Assembly: GCA_046861655.1 (NCBI GenBank)
Contig: JBHIAI010000001.1
Coordinates: 1 to 64,000 of the forward strand
DNA from: Fidelibacterota bacterium
GTDB taxonomy: Bacteria > Fidelibacterota > Marinisomatia > Marinisomatales > S15-B10
DNA: 64,000 nt
Direction of reading: 5' to 3'
Positions 26,501 through 36,574 of the stretch are shown here, in pieces (position 1 is the first letter of the stretch; every line of letters starts with the position of its first letter). The notes beneath the pieces were generated by a model. The model was given only the letters and a program-made list of their open reading frames with translations. It was not told the DNA's origin and did no database searches. The position numbers and the translations under genes were made by a program.

Positions 26501-29375
26501 GGGACAGGACCTACAAAGTTGGATCGAGACCGATGAGTCCGGATACTACACTCTTGGCCTACTGGAGGGAGACTGGGAAGTCGGGTTAGATGGAGCTGAC
26601 CTCATACCGGGTTATATGGTACCGGAAGGAGAGGAGTTCCATATGTCTGAGGGTGCGACCCGCACTGTGAACTTTACCGCTTATTCTACGGACGCCACCA
26701 TAACCGGGACGGTGTTCTTGGATGACGCTCCTGCAGGCGGGGTACAGGCTAGGGCTTGGAGCCCCCTTGGCTCGACCAGAACAGTTTCTACTGCCCATGG
26801 TTTCTACACCCTCTCTGTGGCCAGTGAAGCCGATGGGGAGGGAGGATACGATGTGGGCGTTGCGGAGTGGAGATTGCCTTTTCCCGCCTACGTGGATGAA
26901 TATTACTCAGGAATTATGTCGGGCTCAGCGGGAATAGATTTTCACGTGTACGAGATTCCCTTTGGAGCTATTGAAGGGATAGTCACCGATGAAACCACGG
27001 GGGATCCCATAGAGGGTGTCCGAATCGACTTTTGGCGTTTTGATTACTGGGATGTTTACCGTACCCGGACCGATGAGAACGGCTCTTACCACCAGGATCT
27101 CCCCGTGGGTGACTACCGGATTGAGGTCTTTGCTTTTTGGCTTGGATATATAAATGAAGTCTACAACAACCAGTCTCATCCCGAGGAGGCAAATCCGGTA
27201 TCCGTGGGTGAGGATCAAACCAGCGAGATCAACTTCGACCTTGGACTAGGAGGAGAGATTTCCGGGACAGTGACCGATCCTGAAGGAAGGCCCATCCCTG
27301 GTGTGGGTGTGACTGTCTTGGATTGGGATGAGATAGGCGGATGGCGTTGGTTCCATAGCGGGACCGGCACCGATGGTGACGGGAACTATACTGCCAGGGG
27401 TATTCCTACCGGGGATCAACTGGTATATTCGGAAGCCCGGGGCTTCTTTACGGAGTATCACGATGGGGTGTACGACCAGGAATCAGCCTCCCCGGTCTAT
27501 ATAACAGCCCCCAGCACAACTTCCGGGATTGACTTTGTGTTAGAACAGGACGGTTCTCTCTATCCGCAGAGAGCTGGGAATCTGCACCTTGCCGTCGGTA
27601 ACGATGCCAGGCTGGGCAATGACGGAGTGGTCTATTTCCCATCGGCTGAATGGCCGGAGGAGAGTGGAAATAACTACTTATACTCTGGAGGTCTTTGGAT
27701 TGGGGCGGAATTGGATGATTACCGGAGCGTTAGTACGGCATTCTACGGAACGGAATGGTCTCCCGCAGACGGATTTCATGTTGAACACATCTACTCTGAC
27801 GAAGACGTGTATGTCGAATACCACGATATGGATTACGGCAGAAATCCAAGCCCTCTCGGTCTTGAAGTCAGGCAAGCTTCCTATGCCTGGGAGGGAGAAG
27901 ACTATCTTATCTTTAGATACAAGATCAGGAATACGGATTACCGGGGGGAACTGCGTAATATCATGGTGGGTCTCTTCTTCGATTTTGATATCGCCACCCA
28001 TGCCGGAGATGACTTCTGGCGGGATGACCGTGTAGGTTTTGAAGATGATTTAGGCATTTCTTATATGTACGATAATGATGGGGATGACGGTGCTTCTCCA
28101 GGGTATGTTGGAGTTCACCCCTTAGACCAACCTGTTCATAGCCATTCGTGGTGGGGTTGGGCCACAGGGGATCCGGGGGATGATTGGGATCAATACGAAT
28201 TCATGACACGGGGTTTCATGGGGGATCCAGGCTATGACGATGATTTTCGCATCCTACAGAGCGTGGGCCCCTTCTTCCTGGCTCCTGGGAGTGAAATGGA
28301 GCTCTCCTTTGCCCTCGCCATTGGAGAGGGACTTGATAGTCTAAAGGGAGCAACAGAAAAGGCTCAAGAGAGGTTTGATGAGGTGTTGGCCATGGCCCGT
28401 CCTCCGGGGCTTGCCTCTGTCAAAGACGTTCCCAAGGATCAGGGCCGGCAGGTGAGACTCATCTGGGGTAGTGGGAGTGCCGGGCCTGATGAAACCTTTA
28501 CAAGATACAGTATCTGGCGACACGTGGATGATGAACCGGGCGACCTGTGGGATTTTCTTACCAACGTGCCATACATTGGGTTTGGGGACTATGCTTACGT
28601 GGCACCCACTCTGGTGGATTCTAACATGTACACGGGTCCTGAAGATGCCTTCTGGTCTACCTTCCGGGTGATTGCCCATACAGAGGACAGGCACTTCTTC
28701 TTGGTGTCAGAGCCCATGAGAGGATATTCTTTGGACAATCTGGAGCCAACGGTTCCGGGGGGCTTGATTGCCACCGGAGGCCTGGAGGGCATCAGTTTGA
28801 GCTGGGAACCCAATCCTGAAGAAGACCTGGACTACTATTCCATCTATCGGGGGACGACTTCAGGGTTTGAACCGGACGAACCGTACACGCATACAGTGGA
28901 CACCTTGTTCGTGGATGAGGAAGTGGGAGAGGGTATCACCTACTTCTACGTAATAACGGCAACCGATTTCAACGGCAATGAGAGTGGTTACTCAGATGAG
29001 GTGGGTGGTATTCTGGGAATTGATGAAGGTGCCCGGATTCCCGAGCGCTTCGAGCTTGCTCAGAACTACCCCAACCCCTTCAACCCGGTGACCACTCTTC
29101 GATACGGGCTTCCAGAGCGGTCCCATGTTACCCTTGTGATCTATGATCTGCTGGGCCGACGGGTGAGAACGCTTGTCAGTAGGATAGAGGATCCAGGCTA
29201 TAAATCGGTTCTATGGAACGGCACAGATGGTCTCGGCAGATCCGTGAGTGCCGGCGTCTACATCTATCGGATCCAAGCCGGTGATCCCTGGGCAGGGTCC
29301 CCGCTTTCACAGGGCTCAGCGGGACAGGCGGGACGTGAATTCACGCAGACCCGGAAGATGGTATTGCTGAAATAA
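23508..29375 (+). CDS. Giant secreted multidomain protein: five-blade GH32/GH43-like propeller, YCF48-like propeller, carboxypeptidase-regulatory-like Ig repeats, FN3-like domain, FlgD/secretion tail
   Basis: GGAGG before ATG 23508; 5x YHMWY...G(Y/H)A(T/S)S.DG..W; 6x TT(D/N)GG..W; repeated I(E/S/T)G(T/I)V...T.E.G.Y; QNYPNPFNP...RKMVLLK. Confidence 0.85.
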   Translation: MNSFQNFIIRKQSYVLLTVSVLTMVCISTLIAKEGRQGQIEGVTQSSLTKNNPFDRVVKGQVGEVPQLPSRLDLDAIAKVREKRQAAHGMSDGIRERDNRPPMLGKSKTVPSERQTDELVKMRNPFRWSFDREREENRSLWQTTERPLGVLGTFPPLYSRRDSDRLGVSGFDDVIDVKVNGVDSDTITQGNDFVVTVTFSTGSWDGFGVGSPSVIVDGSTYHMWYDANDGTTPRIGHATSSDGVAWTEDAGNPVLDLGTSGSWEDEAVNQPSVFFDGATYHMWYSGEDGSTGRIGYATSSDGVTWTKYAANPVLDVGTPGAWDSLWVAAPIVVFDGSSYHMWYVGFGGNNGIGYATSDDGIIWTRYAGNPVLERGTSGDFDDGFLWSPEVVFDGTTYHMWYTGIDGGHWAVGYASSTDGVTWTKHTDDTNGQQTWNPQESGTTSGLSSVYFVDDMTGWAAGAGGTILHTTNGGTDWVAQSSGAGTTIDLSITFVDASTGYAVGSGGIILKTTDGGSTWIEQSSGSSENLGAVSFVDASTGWVVGWNGTILKTTDGGSNWSAQSSGTSSKLYSVHFVNSTTGWATGDGGIILKTTDGGSTWIQQSQPSGVYSLFGVYFVNSSMGWAVSVGGKIISTTDGGSNWSIQSTGHPILWSVHFVNSTTGWVVGDGGTILKTTDGGEQWTSQLSGTDRSLRSVFFTDSQTGTAVGDQGTILRATTVFSVSPVLDVGAPGTWDEEGVGFMFVLLSESTYHMWYTGWDSDTYTGHLGYATSTDGVTWTRHTDNPVLDPGTRSSREADLTVWIDMDDDGVLDESIDIQIDEPDHIVDNSPFDEDPTEGIYQFTVSDEDEGDINRVGNMGLFFKAEDTGGSDDAFLFLEPMVSNYSVSGTISPAVENIVVAAIRPMADDEDVWYTLTDETGGYQVFLPEAGVYSIITADFLGATGGMFPDRGYYNVYVDGHLTGYDFTYIAATAWIEGTVTDENSNPLHGIEVFARIEEGQDLQSWIETDESGYYTLGLLEGDWEVGLDGADLIPGYMVPEGEEFHMSEGATRTVNFTAYSTDATITGTVFLDDAPAGGVQARAWSPLGSTRTVSTAHGFYTLSVASEADGEGGYDVGVAEWRLPFPAYVDEYYSGIMSGSAGIDFHVYEIPFGAIEGIVTDETTGDPIEGVRIDFWRFDYWDVYRTRTDENGSYHQDLPVGDYRIEVFAFWLGYINEVYNNQSHPEEANPVSVGEDQTSEINFDLGLGGEISGTVTDPEGRPIPGVGVTVLDWDEIGGWRWFHSGTGTDGDGNYTARGIPTGDQLVYSEARGFFTEYHDGVYDQESASPVYITAPSTTSGIDFVLEQDGSLYPQRAGNLHLAVGNDARLGNDGVVYFPSAEWPEESGNNYLYSGGLWIGAELDDYRSVSTAFYGTEWSPADGFHVEHIYSDEDVYVEYHDMDYGRNPSPLGLEVRQASYAWEGEDYLIFRYKIRNTDYRGELRNIMVGLFFDFDIATHAGDDFWRDDRVGFEDDLGISYMYDNDGDDGASPGYVGVHPLDQPVHSHSWWGWATGDPGDDWDQYEFMTRGFMGDPGYDDDFRILQSVGPFFLAPGSEMELSFALAIGEGLDSLKGATEKAQERFDEVLAMARPPGLASVKDVPKDQGRQVRLIWGSGSAGPDETFTRYSIWRHVDDEPGDLWDFLTNVPYIGFGDYAYVAPTLVDSNMYTGPEDAFWSTFRVIAHTEDRHFFLVSEPMRGYSLDNLEPTVPGGLIATGGLEGISLSWEPNPEEDLDYYSIYRGTTSGFEPDEPYTHTVDTLFVDEEVGEGITYFYVITATDFNGNESGYSDEVGGILGIDEGARIPERFELAQNYPNPFNPVTTLRYGLPERSHVTLVIYDLLGRRVRTLVSRIEDPGYKSVLWNGTDGLGRSVSAGVYIYRIQAGDPWAGSPLSQGSAGQAGREFTQTRKMVLLK

Positions 29376-29526
29376 GACAGCGGTTCTCAAAAGATGAGGA
29401 GACCGTTGAACGGACGCATGTGTAGATCTTCTCAATAGGGAAACATAGACCCACACTCATAAATCTTGTCTTGATTCCGGCGGGATTCTATCTTTCACCG
29501 AGGTGTTGGGGAAAGATCCTAGTAGG

Positions 29527-31284
29527 ATGGTCCATGCCGGGACCGCAATTCTTGCCCTGATCGGGTTCGTTTCCTCCTGTAGCCCCAGGGAATCCAGCGT
29601 GGCGGCGAGACTCCACACGCTCCTGGATGAATACTGGCAGTGGCGCCTTACCGAAAACCCCGAGTTCGCCACGTACCTGGGGGATGACCGGTATAACGAC
29701 AGGCTCACCGATATGAGCCTTCAAGCCATCGAAGAAAGGCACCGTCGTCGCCAGCAATACCTGGAAAAGCTGGCGGCGCTGGATTCATCCCGCCTCTCCA
29801 AAACCGATCGTCTTAACTACCAGCTTTTCAACCTGGAGCTGGCCCAGAGTGTCCAGGCCCATCCGTACCGGGACTTCCTGATGCCCGTTAACCAGATGGG
29901 GGGCCCCCAGATTGATCTCCCTAACCTGATGAGAGTGACTCCCTTTCGCCATGCCCGGGATTATGACGCGTACCTGGCCCGTCTGGGAGGCATTCCCGAT
30001 TACCTGGCACAGACTATGGACCTGATGGAACGGGGACTGGAGGAAGGGAGGATCTACCCTGCGGTGGTGCTGAAAACGGTTCCGGATCAGATCAAGGATC
30101 AGTTCGATCTCGACCCAGAGGAGAGCCCGTTTTATGAACCGTTCACGCGGATGCCTGCGGGGATGTCAGACAGTCTGAAGGAGGACTACCGCAGGCAGGG
30201 AATCGACGTTCTGGAATCGGCGGTGTTTCCGGCATTCCGGAAACTGCACACCTTTTGTGTCGAAACCTACCTTCCCAGAGCCCGGAAGGAGATTGCCGCC
30301 ACCACTCTTCCCGAAGGGAGAGATTATTATAAGTTTCTGGTTGCTTATCACACCACCACCGCTCTGACACCCGATCAGATTCACGCCATAGGGCTGGGCG
30401 AAGTGGGAAGAATCCGGGCCCAGATGGAGAAAATCATCGAAGAGGTTGGATTTGACGGCACCTTTGAGGAATTCCTGGCCTTTCTCCGGACTGATTCGCA
30501 GTTCTATTACACCCGGGAGGAAGATCTCCTGGACGCCTACAGGGTGATCTGCAAGCGGGCGGACCCGGAATTGGTGAACCTTTTCGGTACACTTCCGAGA
30601 ACTCCGTACGGGATCATCCCTATCCCTGACTACCAGGCTCCAGCTTCCCCCACCGCGTACTACTATCCTCCAGCGGCAGATGGGTCCCGGCCGGGCTATT
30701 TCTGGGCCAACACGTACAGACTGGACATGCGACCCAAATATGAAATGGAAGCTCTGGCCCTGCATGAAGCCGTGCCAGGACACCATCTCCAGATTGCCCT
30801 GGCCATGGAATTGGAAGAACTGCCCGAGTTCAGAAAACACACCGGATTTACGGCGTTCACAGAGGGCTGGGGACTGTATGCGGAAAGCCTGGGAGAAGAG
30901 ATGGGGTTCTATCAGGATCCTTACTCCAAGTTTGGTCAACTTACCTACGAAATGTGGCGGGCGTGCCGCCTGGTGGTGGATACGGGGATGCATGCCCTGG
31001 GATGGTCCCGGCAGAGGGCTATTGACTTCATGAAAGAGAACACAGCCAAGACAGAGCACGACATTTCGGTGGAAATCGACCGGTACATCACCTGGCCCGG
31101 TCAGGCTCTGGCGTACAAGGTGGGGGAGTTGAAGATCAGGGAACTCCGGGCCGTGGCGAAGCGGACGTTGGGGGACCGGTTTGATCCACGGGAATTTCAT
31201 GACGTCATTCTGGGAAGCGGCTCCGTTCCCTTGAGTCTTCTGGAACAGCAGGTTCGGACCTGGCTGGCTGAAAAGACACCGTGA
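29527..31284 (+). CDS. DUF885 family lipoprotein (alternative start GTG 29503)
   Basis: VSSC lipobox; HEAVPGHHLQ, EGWGLYAE, RACRLVVDTGMH, PGQALAYKVG. Confidence 0.93.
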   Translation: MVHAGTAILALIGFVSSCSPRESSVAARLHTLLDEYWQWRLTENPEFATYLGDDRYNDRLTDMSLQAIEERHRRRQQYLEKLAALDSSRLSKTDRLNYQLFNLELAQSVQAHPYRDFLMPVNQMGGPQIDLPNLMRVTPFRHARDYDAYLARLGGIPDYLAQTMDLMERGLEEGRIYPAVVLKTVPDQIKDQFDLDPEESPFYEPFTRMPAGMSDSLKEDYRRQGIDVLESAVFPAFRKLHTFCVETYLPRARKEIAATTLPEGRDYYKFLVAYHTTTALTPDQIHAIGLGEVGRIRAQMEKIIEEVGFDGTFEEFLAFLRTDSQFYYTREEDLLDAYRVICKRADPELVNLFGTLPRTPYGIIPIPDYQAPASPTAYYYPPAADGSRPGYFWANTYRLDMRPKYEMEALALHEAVPGHHLQIALAMELEELPEFRKHTGFTAFTEGWGLYAESLGEEMGFYQDPYSKFGQLTYEMWRACRLVVDTGMHALGWSRQRAIDFMKENTAKTEHDISVEIDRYITWPGQALAYKVGELKIRELRAVAKRTLGDRFDPREFHDVILGSGSVPLSLLEQQVRTWLAEKTP

Positions 31285-31937
31285 AAAGTTCTCCCGGTTT
31301 CATCCAGGCTCTTAAGACCCAACTTTCCGCTCCCTTGCCAGGTCCTCAAGCGCAAAAGAGGATGGCCCCTGTACCCAGGTCTTCCCTTCCCGAACGACCC
31401 CCGGAGGATAAGGCCACGCCATCAGCCGTCTTGATCCTCCTTTTTCGAAAAGGTCCGGGATGGTTTTTCATTCTTACCGAACGATCGAGTCAGGTGGAAC
31501 ACCATCAGAGACAGGTCTCCCTTCCAGGGGGGGCCAGGGAAACAGGGGAAAGCAGCGAGGAAACGGCTCTCCGGGAAACAGAGGAGGAACTGGGAGTTCC
31601 CCGGGAAAGGGTCTCGGTCCTTGGCCGGCTCACGCCCCTTCTTATTCCCGTGAGCGGTTTCCGGGTTTACCCGTTTGTAGGATGGTCGCCTGAAGAACTG
31701 GACTTAACTCCCGATCCGGTGGAGGTCCGGTCCGTACACTTCGCCTCGGTGGCACAGCTCGTGAATGAGACATCCATTCGCCACGAGGTCCGTACAATCA
31801 GGGGGAAAAGGGTGGAGGTCCCTTTTTTCCAATTCGACACGGTCCAGGTATGGGGCGCCACTGCCCTTATCCTGGGGGAGTTCCGGGAAGTGTTGATGAG
31901 GGCAAGACAGAAGGAGATTAGCCATGAAAGCCAGTAA
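31281..31937 (+). CDS. Nudix CoA pyrophosphatase (NudL-like)
   Basis: SAVLILL, QVSLPGG...TALRETEEELG, VWGATA. Confidence 0.9.
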   Translation: MKSSPGFIQALKTQLSAPLPGPQAQKRMAPVPRSSLPERPPEDKATPSAVLILLFRKGPGWFFILTERSSQVEHHQRQVSLPGGARETGESSEETALRETEEELGVPRERVSVLGRLTPLLIPVSGFRVYPFVGWSPEELDLTPDPVEVRSVHFASVAQLVNETSIRHEVRTIRGKRVEVPFFQFDTVQVWGATALILGEFREVLMRARQKEISHESQ

Positions 31938-34746
31938 CCGTGTGGTCGTATGTATTCTAACCCTGTTCCTGGCGGGACTGTCCCCCCAAACGCCCCTAGT
32001 CCATCGATCTCCAGGTCTGGGGGACTACGATGTCCCCTTCTATCCTGAGGGAACGTACCTGCCTGACGTGACCTCTCCCGGTGACTTCCTGGGATTCGAG
32101 CTGGGGTCAAGGCCGGTAACCCACGAAGAGGTGCTGGGTTACTTTGAATACCTGAATGAAGCCTTTTCTAACGCTTCCCTGCATACGTATGGTCATACCT
32201 ATGAAGGGCGGAGGTTGGTGTATTTGGTGATTACCTCAGAGGACAATTCCCGGGGGTTGGAGGCCATCCGGGAAAGGCTGGGGAAGCTCGCCGATCCCAG
32301 GACCCTCAAAAGAGAGGGGGAGGCGGACAGGATTATCAAAACGACGCCGGCAGTGGCCTGGATGGCCTATGCCATTCACGGCGACGAACTTTCCAGCACC
32401 GATGCGGCCCTTCAGCTCGCCTACCAGCTCCTGGCGGGAACCGATGCAGTGAGTGAAAAGATCCGGGATAACCTGGTGGTGTCCATCGATCCACTTCAGA
32501 ATCCGGACGGCCGTACCCGGTTCGTGGGCCAGCTGGAGCAGGTCAACAGCGCCATTCCCAGCACCGATACCCAGAGCCTCCAGCACCGGGGCATGTGGCC
32601 CTGGGGTCGCGGAAACCACTATCTTTTCGATCTAAACCGGGACTGGTTCTGCCTGGTTCATCCTGAGACCAGGGGCAAGGTGAAGGCCATTCTCCACTGG
32701 CACCCCCAGCTGGTGGTGGACTGTCATGAAATGGGTGCGTACGACACCTACTTATTCAATCCACCGCGGGAACCCTACAATCCCTTCATGTCCTCCCAGA
32801 TCCAGAAATGGTGGGAGGTGTTCAGCCGGGATCACGCGCGAGCTTTTGACCGGTATGGATGGAGCTATTACACCCGGGAATGGAACGAGGAACTCTTTCC
32901 TGGATACGGCAGTTCCTGGCCCATCTATCTCGGGGCAGTGGGGATTCTCTATGAACAGGCTGGCGTGGACGGGTCTCAGGTGAAGCGGCCCGATGGGACC
33001 GTCATGACCTACCGGGAGACAGTCCATCATCAATTCATCAGTTCCATGGCCAATCTCACCACCGCCAGTGAGAACCGCCAGGCTCTTCTTCGTGATTATT
33101 ATGAACAGAGGAGGGAGGCCGTCGACTCGGGAGCTCGATCCGGGACCCCGCCCAGACGGGGGGCATTCCTGGTTCCGGCCACGACCAACCAAAGCAGGCT
33201 GGTGGAGTTTGCCGAAACGCTTCAAGCCCAGGGGATCGAAATTCAACAGGCCACAGTACCGTTCAAAGAAAGAGGGGTTGTTTCCCGGGACGGGCAGGAA
33301 ACGAGGGAAATGACGTTTCCGGAAGGAACCCTGATCATACCCCTGAATCAGCCTCACCGCAATCTGGTGGAAGCTATTCTTACGTTTGACATCCGGCTGC
33401 CCACGGCATTTCTGGAAAAGGAAAAAGAGTCCCGCCTGAAGAAAGGGGAGACGAAAGTATACGATGTAACGGGTTGGTCATTGCCCCTGGCCTACGACCT
33501 GGAAACCTACGTCTCCGGATCCGTTCCGAGCGTGAAAAAACGACCGTTTGCATCTCCGGGATGGGAAGGGAAGGTGGTGGGATCTTCTCCTCGCGTGGGG
33601 TACCTTTTTTCCGGGGCGGACGACAGGAGCTATCTAGCCGCTGCCCGTTTTCTTGAGAAAGGGGTCAACCTCTGGTGTTCAAGAAAACCTTTTGAAGTGG
33701 AAGGAAGGGAGTATCCCCGGGGGAGTTTTCTGCTTCGGCTGTCGGCCAATCCGGACCTGGATCGTGATCACGTGGAAGCTGTCGCCCGGGAGGCAGGAAT
33801 TACCATCTATGGAGTGAACACGGGTCTGGCATCATCGGGATCGGACCTGGGCGGAAATGAATTCGTGAGACTGGTCCCACCCAAAATTGCGGTGGTGGCG
33901 GGCTCTCCCATGTCTACCTACAGTGTTGGAGCGGTATGGCACCTCATGGACCACAGGATGAAAATGCGCATTTCCCTCGTTCATGCCATGGACTTGGGAT
34001 CCATGGATCTCAGAAAGTATAACGTGTTGCTGCTGCCCGGTCTCTGGGGAGGTCCCCAGGTCTACAAACGGATTCTGGGCGATTCTGGGATGGATCGGCT
34101 CCGGGATTGGGTCAAGGATGGGGGAACCCTGGTGGCCGTGGGAACGGCCAGCGCCTTTGTTGCCGACACGTCTGTAGCCTTCACAGGGGTGAGACAGAAG
34201 CGGCAGGTCCTGAGTGACTGGCAGAGTTATGAGGCCGCCCTACGGCTGGTCCGGGAAGCGGAGGCACCGATGGTGGACAGTCTGGACGTATGGGAAGCCC
34301 GGATGCCTGAAGAAAAAATGGACAAAGAACCTTCGTTGGAGTTGTCTGAGCTGAAACTTGCGGACGAGACCGCCCGGAAGCTATCTCCCGGTGGGACCAT
34401 TCTTATGGCCAATCTGGATACGGAACACTGGTTGAGCTTCGGCTGCGGCAAGGATGTCCCGGTGCTGGTCAATACGTCGTATGCCTATGTGGCGAAAACG
34501 ACCGAGGTGGCGGCCCGGCTGGCCCCGGCCGAGAGCCTAAGGCTGTCCGGCCTTCTGTGGCCCGAAGCCCGGGACCGTTGGGCCGATACGATCTATGCTG
34601 GCCGGGAAGCGATGGGGAGGGGTCAGGTTATCCTGTTTGCCACTCAACCGAATTTTCGGGGTTACTTCCGGGGAGGGGAAAGAATGCTTCTCAATGCCCT
34701 CATCCTGGGGCCCGGTTTTGGTACTCATACTGGAGTGGAGTGGTGA
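31924..34746 (+). CDS. Secreted M14 zinc carboxypeptidase-like protein
   Basis: IHGDE, NPDGR, GRGNHYLFDLNRD, DCHEM; C-terminal GATase-like segment. Confidence 0.9.
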   Translation: MKASNRVVVCILTLFLAGLSPQTPLVHRSPGLGDYDVPFYPEGTYLPDVTSPGDFLGFELGSRPVTHEEVLGYFEYLNEAFSNASLHTYGHTYEGRRLVYLVITSEDNSRGLEAIRERLGKLADPRTLKREGEADRIIKTTPAVAWMAYAIHGDELSSTDAALQLAYQLLAGTDAVSEKIRDNLVVSIDPLQNPDGRTRFVGQLEQVNSAIPSTDTQSLQHRGMWPWGRGNHYLFDLNRDWFCLVHPETRGKVKAILHWHPQLVVDCHEMGAYDTYLFNPPREPYNPFMSSQIQKWWEVFSRDHARAFDRYGWSYYTREWNEELFPGYGSSWPIYLGAVGILYEQAGVDGSQVKRPDGTVMTYRETVHHQFISSMANLTTASENRQALLRDYYEQRREAVDSGARSGTPPRRGAFLVPATTNQSRLVEFAETLQAQGIEIQQATVPFKERGVVSRDGQETREMTFPEGTLIIPLNQPHRNLVEAILTFDIRLPTAFLEKEKESRLKKGETKVYDVTGWSLPLAYDLETYVSGSVPSVKKRPFASPGWEGKVVGSSPRVGYLFSGADDRSYLAAARFLEKGVNLWCSRKPFEVEGREYPRGSFLLRLSANPDLDRDHVEAVAREAGITIYGVNTGLASSGSDLGGNEFVRLVPPKIAVVAGSPMSTYSVGAVWHLMDHRMKMRISLVHAMDLGSMDLRKYNVLLLPGLWGGPQVYKRILGDSGMDRLRDWVKDGGTLVAVGTASAFVADTSVAFTGVRQKRQVLSDWQSYEAALRLVREAEAPMVDSLDVWEARMPEEKMDKEPSLELSELKLADETARKLSPGGTILMANLDTEHWLSFGCGKDVPVLVNTSYAYVAKTTEVAARLAPAESLRLSGLLWPEARDRWADTIYAGREAMGRGQVILFATQPNFRGYFRGGERMLLNALILGPGFGTHTGVEW

Positions 34747-34781
34747 CCCACATGACGAATCAAGCATGACTGGAGGGAACC

Positions 34782-36089
34782 ATGTCATCCATGGATCGAC
34801 GGGAATTCCTGGGGTCGGTGATTAAACCCGCCGCGGTTGTCTGGGCTGCCGCCGTGTTGACTCCTGCGGGGATGAGCCGGGCCCTGGCTGCAGTGTCGGG
34901 GACGCGGCGAAAGGCCAGTGACCTGGCCGGGGATGAAGCCTTCTGGTTTGAGATCCAGCAGGCGTACACCACTGACCGGAGCTTGATAAACTTGAACAAT
35001 GGAGGTGTCAGTCCTTCGCCGGTAGGCGTCCAGGAGGCCATGAAGCGCTATCTGGATTATTCCAACACCGCGCCGGCTTATTCCATGTGGCGGATTCTGG
35101 AACCCCAGCGGGAAACGGTCCGGCGAAGACTGGCCCGGTTCTTTCAATGTGACCCTGAAGAGATTGCTCTTACCCGGAACGCCTCGGAAGGACTGGAAAT
35201 CTGCCAGCTCGGGTTTGACCTTGAAGAAGGGGATGAAGTTCTGACTACCAACCAGGATTATCCCCGGATGATCAACACCTTCAAACAAAGAGAGTGCCGG
35301 GAAGGCATTGTGCTGAAACAGTTTTCCCTCCCCGTTCCCGCCGAGGACGAGAATGAAATCGTTCACCTGTTCGAGTCCCACATCACCTCCGGAACCCGTC
35401 TCATCTTGATGTGCCATATGATCAACATCACTGGACAAATCCTGCCGGTCAAGAAAGTGGTCCGCATGACCAGGAAGAAAGGTATTCCCGTCATCGTGGA
35501 TGGGGCCCACGCCTTTGCCCACTTTCCCTTTTCTGCCCATGATTTGGACTGTGAATACTATGCTACCAGCCTCCACAAGTGGCTGTGTGCCCCTCACGGA
35601 ACGGGCATGCTGTACGTGCGCAAGGACAGGATAGAAGACCTCTGGCCTCTCATGGCGGCCGAGGAATGCGCCAGTGACGATATCCGGAAGTTTGAGGAAA
35701 TCGGGACCCATCCAGCGGCCAATTTCCTGGCCATCGGCGATGCCCTCACCTTCCACCAGGGCATAGGATCTGCCCGGAAACAGGCCCGGTTGATCTACCT
35801 CCGGGACCGGTGGGCGACACGGCTGAAGGAGTACGACCAGGTCCGTTTGCATACGAGTTTGAAACCGGGTAAGGCCTGTGGGATAGCCACCGTACAGATC
35901 GAGGGTATCGACGCCGAGGCGATTACCCAGCATCTGTGGAAGGCATACCGAATCCTTGTGACAACGATCAAGCATCCTGAGTTCGAGGGGGTCCGGGTGA
36001 GTCCGCATGTCTACACCACCCTGGAGGAAATCGACCGTTTCGCGGAGGCGATGGAACAGATCATTCGACAGGGAATCCCCGAGTCATGA
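34782..36089 (+). CDS. Tat-exported class V PLP enzyme (CefD/EgtE-like lyase or epimerase)
   Basis: DRREFL twin-arginine signal ending ALA; LNNGG, RNASEG, VDGAH, SLHKWL. Confidence 0.88.
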   Translation: MSSMDRREFLGSVIKPAAVVWAAAVLTPAGMSRALAAVSGTRRKASDLAGDEAFWFEIQQAYTTDRSLINLNNGGVSPSPVGVQEAMKRYLDYSNTAPAYSMWRILEPQRETVRRRLARFFQCDPEEIALTRNASEGLEICQLGFDLEEGDEVLTTNQDYPRMINTFKQRECREGIVLKQFSLPVPAEDENEIVHLFESHITSGTRLILMCHMINITGQILPVKKVVRMTRKKGIPVIVDGAHAFAHFPFSAHDLDCEYYATSLHKWLCAPHGTGMLYVRKDRIEDLWPLMAAEECASDDIRKFEEIGTHPAANFLAIGDALTFHQGIGSARKQARLIYLRDRWATRLKEYDQVRLHTSLKPGKACGIATVQIEGIDAEAITQHLWKAYRILVTTIKHPEFEGVRVSPHVYTTLEEIDRFAEAMEQIIRQGIPES

Positions 36090-36535
36090 CCTGGGCCTGG
36101 GCAGTCATAAGTCTTTCCCTCCTGGTCATGGCCTTTGCCAAACAGGAGCCGGGGCGTAGAACGATTTCCACCCCCAGGGCCCCGGCGGCCATGGGCCCCT
36201 ATTCCCAGGCGGTTCAGGTGGGAAACACCCTGTATCTGGCGGGCCAGATCGGACTGGACCCTTCCACGGGTGAACTGGTTGAAGGAGGTATCGAAGCCGA
36301 AACCCGCCAGGCTCTCGAAAACCTTGCGGCAATCCTCGATGAGGCAGGGTTTACGTTCGTGGATGTGGTGCAGGTCCAGGTTTTCCTGGCCGACTTGGAG
36401 GACTACGGGGCCATGAACCGGGTGTATGGAACTTATTTTGCCGCCGCTCCGCCCGCCAGGGCTGTGGTGGAAGTCTCGAAAATCCCCAGGAATGCCCAGG
36501 TGGAAATTACGATGATCGCCGTGTCCGGCCGGTGA
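36086..36535 (+). CDS. ridA: RidA/YjgF family enamine deaminase with N-terminal signal peptide
   Basis: GPYSQAV, LAGQIG, PPARA (catalytic Arg), VEI; hydrophobic leader ending AFA. Confidence 0.88.
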   Translation: MTWAWAVISLSLLVMAFAKQEPGRRTISTPRAPAAMGPYSQAVQVGNTLYLAGQIGLDPSTGELVEGGIEAETRQALENLAAILDEAGFTFVDVVQVQVFLADLEDYGAMNRVYGTYFAAAPPARAVVEVSKIPRNAQVEITMIAVSGR

Positions 36536-36574
36536 GAACGGGTTGACCCTGGGGAGAAAAGAGGAACGGACGTC

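Noticed and set aside
34785..36008. 407-aa antisense ORF (also 30166..31200, 8489..9310, 3636..4403 and similar)
   Set aside because: They mirror well-supported genes on the opposite strand, have no recognisable motifs, and are expected from GC-rich codon bias.
34782..36089. Calling the PLP enzyme a cysteine desulfurase or selenocysteine lyase (SufS/CsdA)
   Set aside because: The C-terminal persulfide Cys motif is absent and the protein has a Tat signal.
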